64,000 nucleotides of DNA from assembly GCA_023231475.1 (NCBI GenBank), contig JALJEE010000939.1, forward strand, positions 1 through 64,000, given 5' to 3'. Every line of letters begins with the position of its first letter. Within the stretch, counting starts at the first letter, position 1. Of the stretch, positions 22,301 to 33,097 are shown piece by piece. Under the pieces are notes generated by a model. That model ran no database searches and was not told where the DNA came from. It was given only the letters and a program-made list of their open reading frames with translations. Source of the DNA: Seison nebaliae. Taxonomy: Eukaryota. The position numbers and the translations under genes are program-made.

Positions 22301-23314
22301 TTGAATAATATCGTTTGATGGAATCCATTTATCTCTCTCATAATAGAGAGGAGCATAACGATGTTTAATTTTGAATTGTGTCAATCCTTCACCTCCATCT
22401 GCCCAAATATTAAATTTTAAAATTACTTTCCGATGTTTTAATTTTTCCATACGACGACGATAATTCTCTACATATTTTCCATCATACGACAAAATTGAAA
22501 TTTTCGATTCTTCTTCATCTCGAAGAATTCCATCGATAAATTTACTTTGTAAATGATCCGACGTTTTCCAATTGATCCATAAATGAGCAGAAACACCATC
22601 AGCTGGTGATGGAACTCCAATGACTTTCAATTGAATATCATCAACGATCGATCGATTGGAGAATAATTGACATTTATAATTTCCTTCATCCGACGCAGTT
22701 AATCGTTCGATGATTAATTTCGATCTGATCTGATTTCCATTAATCACTTTCTCATCGATCAGATATCGATTTGATTCGTTACATAAACTTCGATTATCTG
22801 AATTAAATGTCCATATTAATTTCATCGATTTCCCATTACAATGATTGATGGGAAGATGTTCCTGATAATCATTCGTATCGATTATACAATCGATAATGAA
22901 TCGTTTCGATTTGAGCACTTTGACAATTTTCGATTTTTTTTCTTTATGAAAAATTTCAATTTTTTCATTCTCCTCAACATCTCGTCGATTTCTTGAATGG
23001 ATGGAATGATAAGAAGAATAACAAAAATAATATGGTGATTTCCATTTATTCAAATTATTCTTCTTTTTATTCACTTTCAACGAATAATTTGATCGATTAT
23101 TGATGGAATTAAGAATGATTGATTTGAAATTGACTAATTGAAAATGTTCAGATGAAAAAATGGAGAGATTGTGAATTAATAATTCTTTTGATGATTCATT
23201 TCCATCAGAATGGAATTGAAAAAGAATTTTATTTTCTAATTCTTCATAATTAATATTTAATCGACACCTAATCCAACTGAGATAAAGAAGACAAATAATT
23301 AATTGTAATTTCAT
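13313..23314 (-). CDS. Large Ig/fibronectin-III single-pass receptor, Sidekick/DSCAM-like, 3333 aa, apparently intronless
   Basis: Signal peptide, Ig motif LIIERLTASDEGNYKC, FN3 repeats (EPPNEPPRNI..IEVQW; YMVRIAAVNDLGIGIFS...TKEGAP; LLWELPTEPNGIIKSFQI), TM QQWYIYMIAAIALIFILTILTF and a long N/Q-rich cytoplasmic tail with PPPPY. Confidence 0.75.
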   Translation of the reverse strand: MKLQLIICLLYLSWIRCRLNINYEELENKILFQFHSDGNESSKELLIHNLSIFSSEHFQLVNFKSIILNSINNRSNYSLKVNKKKNNLNKWKSPYYFCYSSYHSIHSRNRRDVEENEKIEIFHKEKKSKIVKVLKSKRFIIDCIIDTNDYQEHLPINHCNGKSMKLIWTFNSDNRSLCNESNRYLIDEKVINGNQIRSKLIIERLTASDEGNYKCQLFSNRSIVDDIQLKVIGVPSPADGVSAHLWINWKTSDHLQSKFIDGILRDEEESKISILSYDGKYVENYRRRMEKLKHRKVILKFNIWADGGEGLTQFKIKHRYAPLYYERDKWIPSNDIIQINVSSSGIVDSNRLKFYQSNSRQLLHNELTNEKKMKEITSNNENDRTIKFPSGGLLLMGEHLLPTTENQFNIILVNRIGKSVDSGWSNNVTLPREPPNEPPRNIELIPISDTIIEVQWNEPKQSGWNSNSLKLYQIDYCMTMNEIECTTGAWSSIDVPINGKGKNSFQIQYLMKWSQYMVRIAAVNDLGIGIFSYPPQMSRTKEGAPDRPVSNVKFDYVQRRSIDNDELNEYCLNISWRRVSYSVLNGKLKGHRIILKPFGEWAEYLLDKFVKRNFHLFQLMNETEKMNLKNIKHIRKLFQPTLIYDIAIGHNLRQNLFHTICSTTPATYSVMLKEMEKGEFFEKNKKSFMNDTFLQENSFRNNFHQMNFDIFTNYQIFVTCYTAGGHSYPEKGVYQMKDDCSSGNERGRWNWKEIFAINNFQLLLSCTNNLYYTFDYCKVNQWFDENETIDLIPSSSTNQLISSSTYRMMTNMKINENENDNILSSCLIDQLSDLGDGTQMELMKSINNRFPLLSCNEMDVVNFSKFIQYSRIDAPLLDRWTINNIYILNNRTYNSFTVLWYSPKQLFFNIDSFTFILKQSKHNNQSVKRIIVPIEKTFHCSRKRSCFHLYSFHHLRTSNYYLQILPNYNDFDLEQKLLISTIDTVVHLPTRDNSSIIDYENQLIGKFEFLEKDKKFQLHLTISLENGKNTNEFYRLIKSIRLYSRHNYDVEWTVSEYIRIRKPIELYFFRESKNGNMLRRKSTKKFDDNLEVFEENNFLLIKIQLINLLFASNFSDIIIAFCDDTKCLMHPTNNRKDFTFPSSFNYSSFSFNQIFQQTFDSKSKLRITTKTSFPKIPPGMIFHQFRWTSSHSFQIHINPLTEDEWNNRMKFKRFYNFHLKCGKLINMNYRSPNVSGIIHRFVLKQQIPTGNDCSIEINSVNENGKSTNSIKIFIQSADVGVDGKISLDQSKFEELEKILKSSMKFEINSTNLLNRIKMERMLKCYYKMFQQDINSISHYSFYPDPSHLSSNDYIKKDDLMKRMNEGKYLKNCKLELPRNMNIFSDLFQLMTNDDRFHLSSKLDNHFDIRFNSTIFSQRINLENLKEFKLINLLFIIIRNDQSIIDYHQIDDEKMKELLIGNDVEYSIYRIPLHDLLSKLFSDFFLTFRQMKKFRIFYSMVNEWNVTSEWKQLRMFDKRKEIDGNYLNENEMDYKRKSFHLGRILNDISIFDDNKNKFNFLELIEENDEIRHLSLITEKDEMNKFSSKSYLNDHLLIRIYVTGELLERSSYLVLVKMLRYHQNSNGHINYEQLKTMKFNLMGNELKNDSEKLFYEIPIYFNESSFHLTSIRKQIRLTFIVELLKEIEFVSDSHSFNLTKFLRFAYQNILLMRNEVIHFEENMKNSNKFIGWIEYGSVQIESLSHHHHNEMEETNEYKCRPITIKWTWTSSKSFRNHFLDNIPRGVDIFMIFYTKQQRNDGTSLLKKIRSDWIFISHVSWPLEQSIIDPSIICQFYEIADTIFIDFELRIIFNDNQSKNQIIRYSLLTRQVNENDIHPPYQLDDYQYLNDDTLNIIDENQLYFYDGNLEINEKLIHLQLRSIRLIENLLEIKLNEDIRSNSKLTIIVIGKSSNNHQILQTNSIFLITNSFNITLEHFDNLEDFQFIQLNVCYENEQNGNGWNECEMEEINLKLEELNLSENFKNFPKLSNLTNESNRGYGWELNWNSLNFEEYSFFKLNYLQVDSSCTSNRSIDIDGNFMEKSQSLIFSTFSQFPHMDQMRRIVFSKENIEPNKNYLISIDLFERKKNGKLIVNNSPFFPFRQIETNSSEVINLRTKYVSYGSALLLWELPTEPNGIIKSFQIIINRLISNNQSIIEQKSIYPVNIKKITSNCPDKIMKRNQREFSVFISSLPNEKRFEVNIFPISLTNLFGKSNFVSFKTKPSNMIIRSHLTLSFKFDIYYQLNSTTRISEKKYEEFSDLMRYMNRSVEDFLNLSDRSVNEIINGYVMFDMKENSMKRKRSIEKYDDCELIEMNKDGNSLDISLTAQKIYNRKKYFILQLLHKISSFSFEWKTISLSDKSCVILPINSISTFYDARMILVNGSGTIFSSDNHSPSIHINGSSNNNTKFSIYLNEWMRKLDSRRLNLYNQQRRLHRLTLSQRIEQTIYQQWYIYMIAAIALIFILTILTFSCSKKQRKSKRARNQRSKRINSKESSLNSGSTTITMNTTNNMSNRQYRNTLLMNKNNNNNNNFNDIKTSNYIGDCESVDDDIEVLHRKHISTLDKSNAYSHIGTTRSIDGKLYTTEEENDAIAYVFNVPSNNPANILTLHTTKSTNSSTNSNENNPSSNGTGLSFLPLPNSSQLTNGHNNGYRTMNKNEHENGVYGRKLELINDYGQGASSLYQTTRTLERNGGMSSSDETDDGDNRLQHTLNRLNAKNYTTMQRSRMKMLTRPQSNTMGNNNKQMNQIQIDNDEGGEEDGENKEKLSFFHRFSRRSKRKKEKKKDSNNLQSHSQSTFCESKKDLVDECQMNSSINNDYSKRTSSLHRQQQQQQQQLQCQMNNLNEKNCHVMPQNQLLILNTKEPTTQLISTSINNSQMLMKNNNQKNNNQSIVVNTNGMNNDNCKYFQYLQTMVQNPASNQRDNFYAINMNTLQQQQQQQQKKNNNNQFQSNNFISSNQQQSNPNQNTLLLINRNGMMRKSFDNGLSSMNDKKQMNNSTSETHNTFGRQMNDTVPAFITNNPSNQFAKQTSNTIYDGMLSFSNTPLRKTMQNSHRPNHQTMKPTMPTTPQSQKSQNAYLTINSRILDDFNKTEFLNGSKKHNLPSNNLLRDFVHDDEETSTIHTGFSGYSDAGNSSVYKASSSIRKTDHLQYSTTGTCNNEKAYAPPPLMSNHQMQPVFSSNDSWKFVNNKKTNKNKSIGTLPPPHISLQPNKINEKNQINDKNQIDGMMDKKNKSFLPNLKSNDTPSTPPPPYSSTIDPSPISSSNTKDYLYSRYQQHYPLQTESNTDSAIML

Positions 23315-23586
23315 TATATAGAAATGTCATTAATTCGTTTCTTTTCAATTTGGCAATTTATTGAATCATTTTTTTCTTTCCTCATCCACATGAAAATAAT
23401 AATCTAAAAATGAATCATCTGAGAAAAAAAGAAATGAAATAAAATAAAATAAAATTGTTCATGAAATGAGAATTGTCTAAAATAAAAATTCTAATTGAAA
23501 TTCTATAAAATAAATAAAAATCATTCACTCAATTTCTATTTTTTACAAATAAAACTTATTTGTTTTCTTAATTTATTTCCTTCATC

Positions 23587-24762
23587 TCACAAGACGGAAA
23601 CGATGGCTTTCATGAAATCAGATGTAGACGCATATCCTCCAATATCTCTCGTTCTCTTTTTTCGTTGTTTCAATACTTCCCGAACGGCGTTTTCGATTTT
23701 ATTCGCATAAAAATCCAGATTGATATGTCGCAATAAATTAGCAGAGGTGAGTAACATTGCCGAAGGATTAGCTCGATCTTTACCAATTCCTTCTGAATAG
23801 ATATGTCGAACACCAGCTTCAAATACGGCACAATCATATGAATACGATTCACCAGGTACCAGACCAGCTCCACCGACTAATCCAGCCGCCATATTTTGTA
23901 CAATTCCACCATACAAATTAGGTAATACGAGAACATCGAATTGTTGTGGTTTCGATGCCAATTGCATGCAACAATTATCGACGATTAATGAATTAAATTC
24001 GATTTCAGGATAATATTTCGACATTTCACGACATGATCGAAGGAAAAGACCATCACCTAATTTCATAATATTCGCCTTATGAACAGCTGTCACTTTCTTC
24101 CGATTATGTCTCGTAGCATAATCGAAAGCGAATTTTGCGATTCTTAATGACGCTTCCTCAGTAATAATTTTCAATGATTCACCAATCCCTTCACAACTCT
24201 CGTGTTCTAATGCGGAATATTCTCCTTCTGTATTTTCTCGAATAACAATAAAATTAACATTCTTATGACGAGTAGCGACACCAGATAATGAACGTGCATG
24301 TAACACACTCGCAAATAAATTCAATTGACGACGAAATTTGAGATTGAGTGAGAGATTCTCTCCAATATTAGGCGGCGAAGCAATAATTCCTTTCAAAACA
24401 ACACGATTCTTATGAACTGATGTCAATAATTGTTCAATTGTCGCTGAATTTGTTGGCATCAATTCCGATGCTGTCAACTCTTCAAATATGACTGGTACGC
24501 CAAGTCGCTTAAACATTTCTTTGACATAATTACAAAGTTCTGGATAGACACCGTCACCTGGTATTAACGTCACTGGAACGGTAACGGCTGTTGTGGCCGT
24601 CGTGATGGTTTTGGGTTGAGAGATTAACGGATATTCGAACGAATTATGTTTACTGAGTATATTGGACGAACTCGTATAAAGAGATCGAGAGAGCAAAGAA
24701 GATTTTTGGTTTAATGAAATTAATGATGCGAAGCTGCCTGATAAGAACTTGTGGACGTTCAT
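23587..24762 (-). CDS. IDH3B: NAD-dependent isocitrate dehydrogenase subunit beta, mitochondrial, single exon
   Basis: VTLIPGDG, RENTEGEYSALEHES, RIAKFAFDYAT, KVTAVHKANIMKLGDGLF, GAGLVPGESYS and RTRDIGGY. The N-terminus looks like a mitochondrial presequence. Confidence 0.92.
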   Translation of the reverse strand: MNVHKFLSGSFASLISLNQKSSLLSRSLYTSSSNILSKHNSFEYPLISQPKTITTATTAVTVPVTLIPGDGVYPELCNYVKEMFKRLGVPVIFEELTASELMPTNSATIEQLLTSVHKNRVVLKGIIASPPNIGENLSLNLKFRRQLNLFASVLHARSLSGVATRHKNVNFIVIRENTEGEYSALEHESCEGIGESLKIITEEASLRIAKFAFDYATRHNRKKVTAVHKANIMKLGDGLFLRSCREMSKYYPEIEFNSLIVDNCCMQLASKPQQFDVLVLPNLYGGIVQNMAAGLVGGAGLVPGESYSYDCAVFEAGVRHIYSEGIGKDRANPSAMLLTSANLLRHINLDFYANKIENAVREVLKQRKKRTRDIGGYASTSDFMKAIVSVL

Positions 24763-27700
24763 AGTTATCAAATGATTTCTGGATCACTATAAACGTACAG
24801 GTAAAAGAAAATTTTATTGAGCCTTCAATTCGAGGGATAATTTCATTTGAAAGAATGAATTTGATGATTCTTTATTAATTTTTTTTCAATCCGTCAACTT
24901 CAGTTGAGCCGGAAAAGTCATGGAAACGGAATTAATAAAAATGAATGTGATTAATTAAAAACGGAATTCATGATGATATCGACAAATTTCATCCATTTTT
25001 TCCACCATCCATGCGGGTAGAGAGTCATTAAAAAGAGAAATAATTTTTATGGAGAAATTAACGATTTAAAGGATCAGACCGAGTAAATGATGATACATTA
25101 AGAGAATTTTTATTGACGAGATTGTTCGGTTAAATCATTGAAATGAGCTAGAGGATTAATGATTTTATTGCCTCCAGATACATAAATATTCGGAATGGAA
25201 AAGAAATGAAAGAAAATTCTTTTTTTCTGTTCGTTTCAAGAGAAACTCGAACACATTTAGTCTCATCAATGTAAAGTTGAGATACGTTCATTCAGTGGAG
25301 ACTAGAGGAGGGGAGTATGTGCGAATTATAACAAATGAAGAGAAAGAACTATTTGGAATATAATCACCACTTGACTGGATGATTCTGTTGTAGTTTATTT
25401 GTTAGAGAGGAAAATATTTGTTTTCTTTCTAACCACGAAAAAAACAATTCGCACGACGACTGTTTCTATTCATTATCCGACATGCAACATTACCACAACT
25501 AATGTGCATACGTATATCATCATTGAGATTAAACAGAATTATTATCAATGAAACATTCATTCATCTTTCCCTTATCCTCACTCTTCTCTCCCAATCTCCA
25601 CAAATCCATTTTGTATCATATGACGATGATTAATGGAATAATTCTTATGTATTCATGAAACTTTAAAAAAAAAGAAAAACAAATATATTGAATGGACGAA
25701 CATAAACAAATTCCTATGGACAGGTAGTAAATTGTAGCATGCTACATTAACTTCCCCACATAACTCAACCATTAGAACGACTCAACAAATGTAATTGATT
25801 GAGTAAATAACGCCATAATTATCTATAACTGGTGAATGTTTCTCTCACTCTCATTTAATCATTTTGACCCAATTCTTCATAAATAATCAGAACTTTTATG
25901 AATCATCAAATGAACACATGTACTAAAGAGATTATTAGAATTGATTTCCAGTAATCTAAAAGGAAAATGACCATAAGACAAACGGGAAATGAGGAACAAC
26001 AACATCGGATTTCCCCTCGTATATTCTGTTTATTCTCTTATTGTATAATCGACTTCTCATTTCCATCGTGAGAAATCGTTTCCTTATTCTTCATTGATAG
26101 ATAATGATATCTTTTACATCTTCATCGCTTTCTCCCAAATTATCAGGTTATATGAAATCTCTCTGATTATGCCGTACAGATCATTCACTACTGAATATTT
26201 TTAAAGGATTGTCTCCCTTCGAATGGTACGTATATGAGAGATATGGTCATTATATTCCTTCTCTAACTTCCGTCTCAATTTTGTTTTTCTTTTAGATACA
26301 TCACTAGAAATTGGTGTTGTATTTGGAGAGAATTGATATTGTAACAGATGATCTCTAATAACAAAATAATATTTGTGAGAACGATAAAATGATGTAATAA
26401 ACGAAAAATAATTCCATTCATTTCTCCTCTTAATTGTTCATTGCACGATGTAACATAAATATATCATAATTCTTAGCTTGCTACTAAATATTCCACGAAC
26501 TAAACTGGTTTCCATTCCTATTTATTCATTTCCCAACAATCTTCCTAAATATTATTTAAAATAATTGACGATCAGAGATCTGTTATTCAGATGAAGAATA
26601 ATCGAACTGGAAGTGAAACTGAGAAATTTTACCATAAAATAATTGGAATCTGAAATTGTTGATTGAGAAGGAAAAGAATCGAAGTATATCTTTCTGTCTT
26701 TGTCCAGCTGTAAATTGTTAATCACATCCAACATGTCCGAGAGAACATACGAAAACGGAGACATGAGAGAACGAGAAAATAGTGAAAAGACATGTCTCCC
26801 ACTCTCCTATTGTATGTTGTCGATATTTGAATTTCTAATTCGTCTAGTGATGATGAATCTTCCTTTATCTCGACGACGAACAATCGATGTTAAGATATAT
26901 GTACTCGTACGTCCACTATTTATCGGTGTTGTTCATATATCTCATCAGACATATAGTCCGATAAATTTTTGTAGTTTATCGACTGCGATCGAATCGATGA
27001 GAGCGATCTGGTTAATTTAAAGGATTGAATAAATATGACGGATGAATGAAACGGAATGTGAATTGTTCCCAACTACGTATAAGTCAGTTGAGAACTATGT
27101 TTGATTTCGAAAATGGTTAATAAATCTTTCTGTTGTAATTCTTCTTTTACGTATCATCATTTCTACAAGAAATAGTTCTTTTTCTCAAATAAAGGTCTTC
27201 GCTATTATTTCCATCGTAATATTTTCCTTTGAAATTAGTGTCATGCTATTCCATAATTACATAATGAAATTTATTTAAATGAAATAATAATTTCCATTAA
27301 CTTTTCAACATCCTATTTAATTGGTTACGCAATGTAATGTTAAATTTTTTCTGTGATGTTATCAACTAATTAATTTGAGAAAAGAAATTTTTACAAGAAA
27401 TTTTTGTTCTTCACAATGTTCCTGGGCTCTTCTTTTTGGATATTGTATGAAATAACGATTTTATTTCCTTCCCACTCACCAATAAGACGTCGTATGAAAT
27501 TCTTTATTAGATACAGTATGATGATTATTATTGGAATATCTAACAATTCATATCATATTTATTGGAAATTTGAATTGACAAAATATACTATAGGTATATA
27601 TTATAAGGAATACAGTTGTATAACAGTTTATGAATATTTGTTAGGAATGAAATTAAATAAAAGACGGAAACAATATCTACTTCAACACCAATGTTCGTCA

Positions 27701-30700
27701 TCGAACACTAGTATTCTGTGAAGTAGATGTGGAAGAAAGGAGGAAAATTGGAATATTTTCACAGCGGCAACCGTCCACCAACTAACTACATTAATGATTG
27801 CGAGAATAAATTAATAGACGACTTCATTTAGAATTCTCGCTACATGCTTCATGAACTACGGGAGCTTTTCTTTTTGTCTTCCTAAATGGAAATTCTCTAA
27901 TCGTAAAAATAATGCTAAGAGGTGAAAACGAAAGGAAGTTATTTCGGAAAGAAATTCTCTCGAAAAAAATGGGTGAGAAAAGAATTGTCTGACAATTCAT
28001 AGAACATTATCTTGACCACTGGTCAATCATTAGAACAGTCTCAAAACGGATAATGTGGAAATATCGCTACGGGTTTTTCGAGCTTAATAACAATTCCTTA
28101 TCATTTTCCACATTTTATTGGTCTCATTTCAAATGAGTCATTTCCCATTTCTATAATGCTTCCATTTTAACGATTTTTGACGGAGTATTATAGATCTATG
28201 GTGGACAGAAATAGACAGAAATAATGGTAGAAATATCGCAAAATATGAAAAGGAAATTTGAAAGTTTCGTAGTAAATTTGTAAAATTGACAGTTAAAATT
28301 GTTCAATGTAGATGAACTTCGAGAATACTATTTTCAGAATGGTGGGTTGATTATCACAAAACTTTCACGCAATATAACATTGATTGTAGAATTACGAAAG
28401 GAAACCAACAATTCACCTGAATAATCGATTCAATCTTTTCTTATTTGTCTTCGAAGCAATAAAAAGGATGAAGAAGAAAACTGTAAAAAGGAACGAAGAA
28501 TTTTCTTTCTAAACTTCCCAAATGACTTTCGCTGGTAATGTGTTTGAAGTTTATGTAATAATAATGATGGGAAGGCAACATCGATATAAGTGAGGAAAGG
28601 AAATTAAACCATCATGATTGAAAAAGAAAAATGATTTTATTTTATAGTTTATTGGTGTATTCAAACAGTTTTTTTTGACGTGAAAGAATTCTTGGAAAAT
28701 TGATGAAAAATTAGAAAGCGAAAGTTACACCGATTATTAATTCCTGTCATATATTCATATTTTTCATTCGATTAAAAAGTAGAATTTCGTACGATATTAT
28801 AGATGAGAATAAAGACGAATTGTAAAAAATCCATATTATTTTCTTTCCTTCTTAATCATTAAGTGTATTCATTCACAACTTTACCAATAATTATTTGCTA
28901 AACAACCACAACAACAACAACACGAGCTGTAATAATTTACAATTAATTCGTAAATCTTTGATGGGAAGGAAGCAGATACACACGTCATGAGAAAATATCA
29001 CGTTGCGTTTGTTGGCAGTTCAAACGAATGAAATGTTATTTGTTCGATCATTCGATGAGGAAATGTGGGAGGAAGAAAGAAGCAAGTTTCCATCGATGGT
29101 ACGAGTAATGAAGACGAAGACATGAAAGAATGGGATTGATAGATAAAACTGATTTTCTTCTTAAAATTTACCTTCATAATGAATTTACATAATGAATTTC
29201 TTTAGAAAAACAAGTAAATTTCCCATCTGCCTTAGAGAAAAGTGGAACAGGATGAAAAGATCCTTTCATCGATGGCTCGAGCCAAGGTAAACAAACTCCT
29301 ATGAAATTGACACAATAGAAATTTATGTCAAAAAAAAATGACGATGAAACAAATTGGAGAAACATATAAAAATTTAATTATTCTTTCCAACACATTCCTC
29401 TTGTTCTTCTTCATTATTGTCATTACGAATAAATGATACATAATTGTCATGACGATGAGAGTATTTGTGATGAGGACTGTGATGTGATATAGAAGTTTGA
29501 AGTAAATGAGAATGATAATCAAATCAAAACTCCACTTGATACATTCTCTAACAGAAAAAAAACCGTTTTCCTTCAACTTAATTTCTTATCGGAAATTTCA
29601 GAAGTTCATTCTTCTAACAACACATTTGATATTATATGGAACATTTCTATAAATTATATTTGAAATTGTGACAAATATGATTCTTTATTTCCTGTTTGTC
29701 TTCATGGAGAATTATCTTCTAACAATAACAATCATTCAATTCCAATCATTTACGACAATTAATTTTATGACGATAGATTAGAAATTGACAAAAACATAAT
29801 TTCGAATATTTATTCAACTGAAAGAAGAAGACGTTCCTGTCATATAGTTCAACTCGATATAACAAATTCAGGGAGTGTGTGTGTGTGTTTGGAAATAATC
29901 TTCATGTTCGATTATCCCTTGTCATACTTCTTCTCTTACTCAATCAATAGAAGATGATGTTGTGAATTGGTCGAAGATTATCCATCAATCTCTCTGAAGA
30001 AAAGTTTCGGGACTTCCGTCTTCACCGATCGTCGACATTTAGTTGTCTGATTAATGTCTTCTCTTAATTCCGATCTAACTAGATTATAGACTCGTCATCT
30101 CAAACAATTCGTTAAGTTTATAATTATTCGAAAAATATAAATATTCAACTTTTCTTCTTCGCGAACAATCAACGGAAATTATTGATGTCGACCTTTCATC
30201 ATTCCGGATGAAAATATTCGTCTACCGACTCCTTTTTTTATAATTTGGAAATGTTAAAAAAAATCGACTCAGAACGAGAGTGATGATGATGGGAAATATA
30301 TCAGACAATTTAACAAAAATATCAATATCGAAAAAAAACCGTAATTTAAGATTACATAACACCATTATAAGTGGAAATGGAGAATTGAAAATTTGTTTAG
30401 GAAAACAATAGTATCTTTATTGAAAGTATTTGAAGAATTGAAATCAATTGAATAATATCGATTTTGGAGAATATCGTATTATTCGCTTACCGAATATTCA
30501 TCGATCTTATTCTACCAGTTCGCCTCTCTTATTTCACTCATACAATATTACTATAACCTCTTGTGAAATTTTATTTCTAATATTATTCCAATTATTCCTC
30601 CTTCCGTAACGACTTGAAATATTTACTCTGTAAGTTTCACATAAGTTCTGATCGCCTGTAAGCCACTCACCATATCCATAACTATTCAGTTGATAGCAAT

Positions 30701-33097
30701 GGTGAAGTTAATAACTAGTGATATGTTTATTTTCCAATTCCTTCGAGACATTTTTTCTTACATAATTTTCGTTTTCAAAATTTTCAATCGGATATTTCCC
30801 TCTAAAAACATACATATACTCCACTAACACACACGGGTACCATATACCTCAAAACCATTAACGATATATCGATATCTGATAACATTACTTTGAAGTACGA
30901 AGACCGAGTTAAGTCTCCATTCAACAGCCATAATTAATCAGACATTTTCTAGATAATGGAACTATTTAAATATTTTACATGATTGACTTCAACTACGTAC
31001 CATGTTTTCTCTCAATCGATAATAGAAATAAATCGATAAAAGATACAATTACCAATTTAAATTGTTCATTACTTTCGGAAATTCTATGTCGAACAACAAT
31101 TTTCATTATTTTCAGTTGATTCTTAATTGTAGAAAGAAATCAATCCTAACGAAAATTAATTTGAATTTTAGTCATTCACTAAAGGTGAAAATGAAACCTT
31201 GTAGGATTAGGTTAGAGTTCCTATATATTCCTAGTAGGTTAGATATTCCTAATAATAAATAAATATCCTTAAACCTAACACATAAACTAAACCACTTAAA
31301 ATTATTGCTCCATAAATTCTAGTTGACGAAAACGAATGAAGGACAAATTTCTTTATTGTTTATTGTTAAAATTTTCGTTATGTTAGTTGAGCAATGATTG
31401 AAAATAGAAAAGAATAAAAGATCTTAAATGTTAAATGATGAACTGAAAATTAATTGATTGTTAATATAAATATTATATGTATGAATATGAGAATGAGATA
31501 ATCGGAAATTTCTATAATTCGATATCAGTTTGATATTATCGTACTAATAACCTGTGATATGGGGGATTCAAAGATTATGTGAAAATTATAGTTCGTAATA
31601 AATTATTGATGAAGAGTGACCTGAATAGAAATTTATTAAAAGAAACATTTCATGTGAAAGGTTTTCTTTTGATTGAATATGGATATTATTGTTAAAATAT
31701 TCATCTGTTATATTAATTCCATGTTTTATTCTTTCGTGGATTCGGACGAGGGAAAATCGAGAACTTAAGTGAATAATTGTTTCAACGTATCCATTAAATG
31801 TACATTATGTCGATTTCGACGTTTTCTCATTAGGACTTGCTAATGGATAAGCAATAAGTATCGATGAAAAGAACGAGAGAACGAAAATGAATAATGGTTG
31901 AGTATTATTGAAAGAAATGTTAGAGATGTCCATAAATGTATTCGTAGCACATGATGATGCGATAATTAGAATGGCGTGGAAGCAAATGGGAAAACAGTAA
32001 TATAGTCAACTGGTCAATTTAATGGTGGTGATTCGTCTCGAATTACTATGGATATTAATTGAAAATTCGATGTAATTGGCAGGAACCAATTGAACTTGTA
32101 AATAACATTTCTTCCAATTTAATTAAATGAAAGCAAATCAGATTATGTATTGATAGAAAAAAACGGGGAAAATTGTGAGATGTGAGGGAGAATTATTCGA
32201 TCAGATATTCGATATGATCTTTTGATATGATTCACATAAAATATTTATCTCTCTCGCGTCTTGCAATGTTGGATTTCATGTTTCATCGCTTCCTTACATT
32301 CTCCGTCTGTCTTCAATCTAATCTCTTATAAGACGAATTCTATAATAAAGTCCATACACCTCACCATTTGGAAGAAAAGACTAGTCGTCTGTTTCGTTGG
32401 TGAATAAGACAGGAACGATAGACGGTCGGATGTCGATAGAGCGGCATCATAATCAGTATTCGAATACTCATTTAAATGTAGAAGAATAGAAAGTGGATGG
32501 TAAAATCAGATACTTTCTTTTTTGATGATGGTGCGACAGAAAAGAACGAAAATATTTAACGCAAGTGTTCCCGTCGAATACCGAGATTGAAAGAAGCGAA
32601 GAATTCTGGTGATGAAACGATGAAGGAAATTAGGTCAAGTCAAAAGGGAAAACATACGTTTATCTATCCATCAACTTCATGAGATCAATATGAAACAAAT
32701 GGATCAGATAAGAAAAGGGCAACAAAACGACAATTGGAAGAAGAAAGAAAAAGTGAACATCATCAACTTAACGAATCATAAAAATTCTTTTTTTCTCTCG
32801 ATTCATCAAATCATCTTTATCATTTTCCCAATTACGATCATGAGTTTTTCTTCAAAATTAATTATAATTTATTATAAAATTGTTAGTTTCTTTCTTTCTT
32901 TGTCTACCAGAAAATTTCCGGTCAAAATTCAATAAAAAATTTTCATTTCAAAAATATTCGTTTGTAATGTGAAGAGAACTTAAAAGTAAATATTAAGCTA
33001 CCGTCATTTGGTAAAGAATTGATGGTTTCTCTCTAACATTTGTAATTTTTTGGTAAATTCAATTCGAAGAAATCGAAGGAAATTTATTTCGTTTAAT

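Noticed and set aside
26552..27020. Overlapping 70- and 106-aa ORFs
   Set aside because: No recognisable motif, and I could not extend them by plausible splicing.
31195..31290. TTAGG/CCTAA telomere-like motifs
   Set aside because: Only scattered single units with no tandem array.
31540..31700. Possible variant U1 snRNA (TAATAACCTG...) or box C/D snoRNA
   Set aside because: No U1 stem-loops, U1-70K/U1A loop motifs or Sm site, and the C/D-like boxes are too close together. I found no snRNA gene in the window.
24800..33000. Possible stop-codon reassignment explaining the interrupted frames
   Set aside because: Conserved genes end normally at TAA and TGA and a modelled gene at TAG, and none needs readthrough. 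The relic frames contain all three stops.
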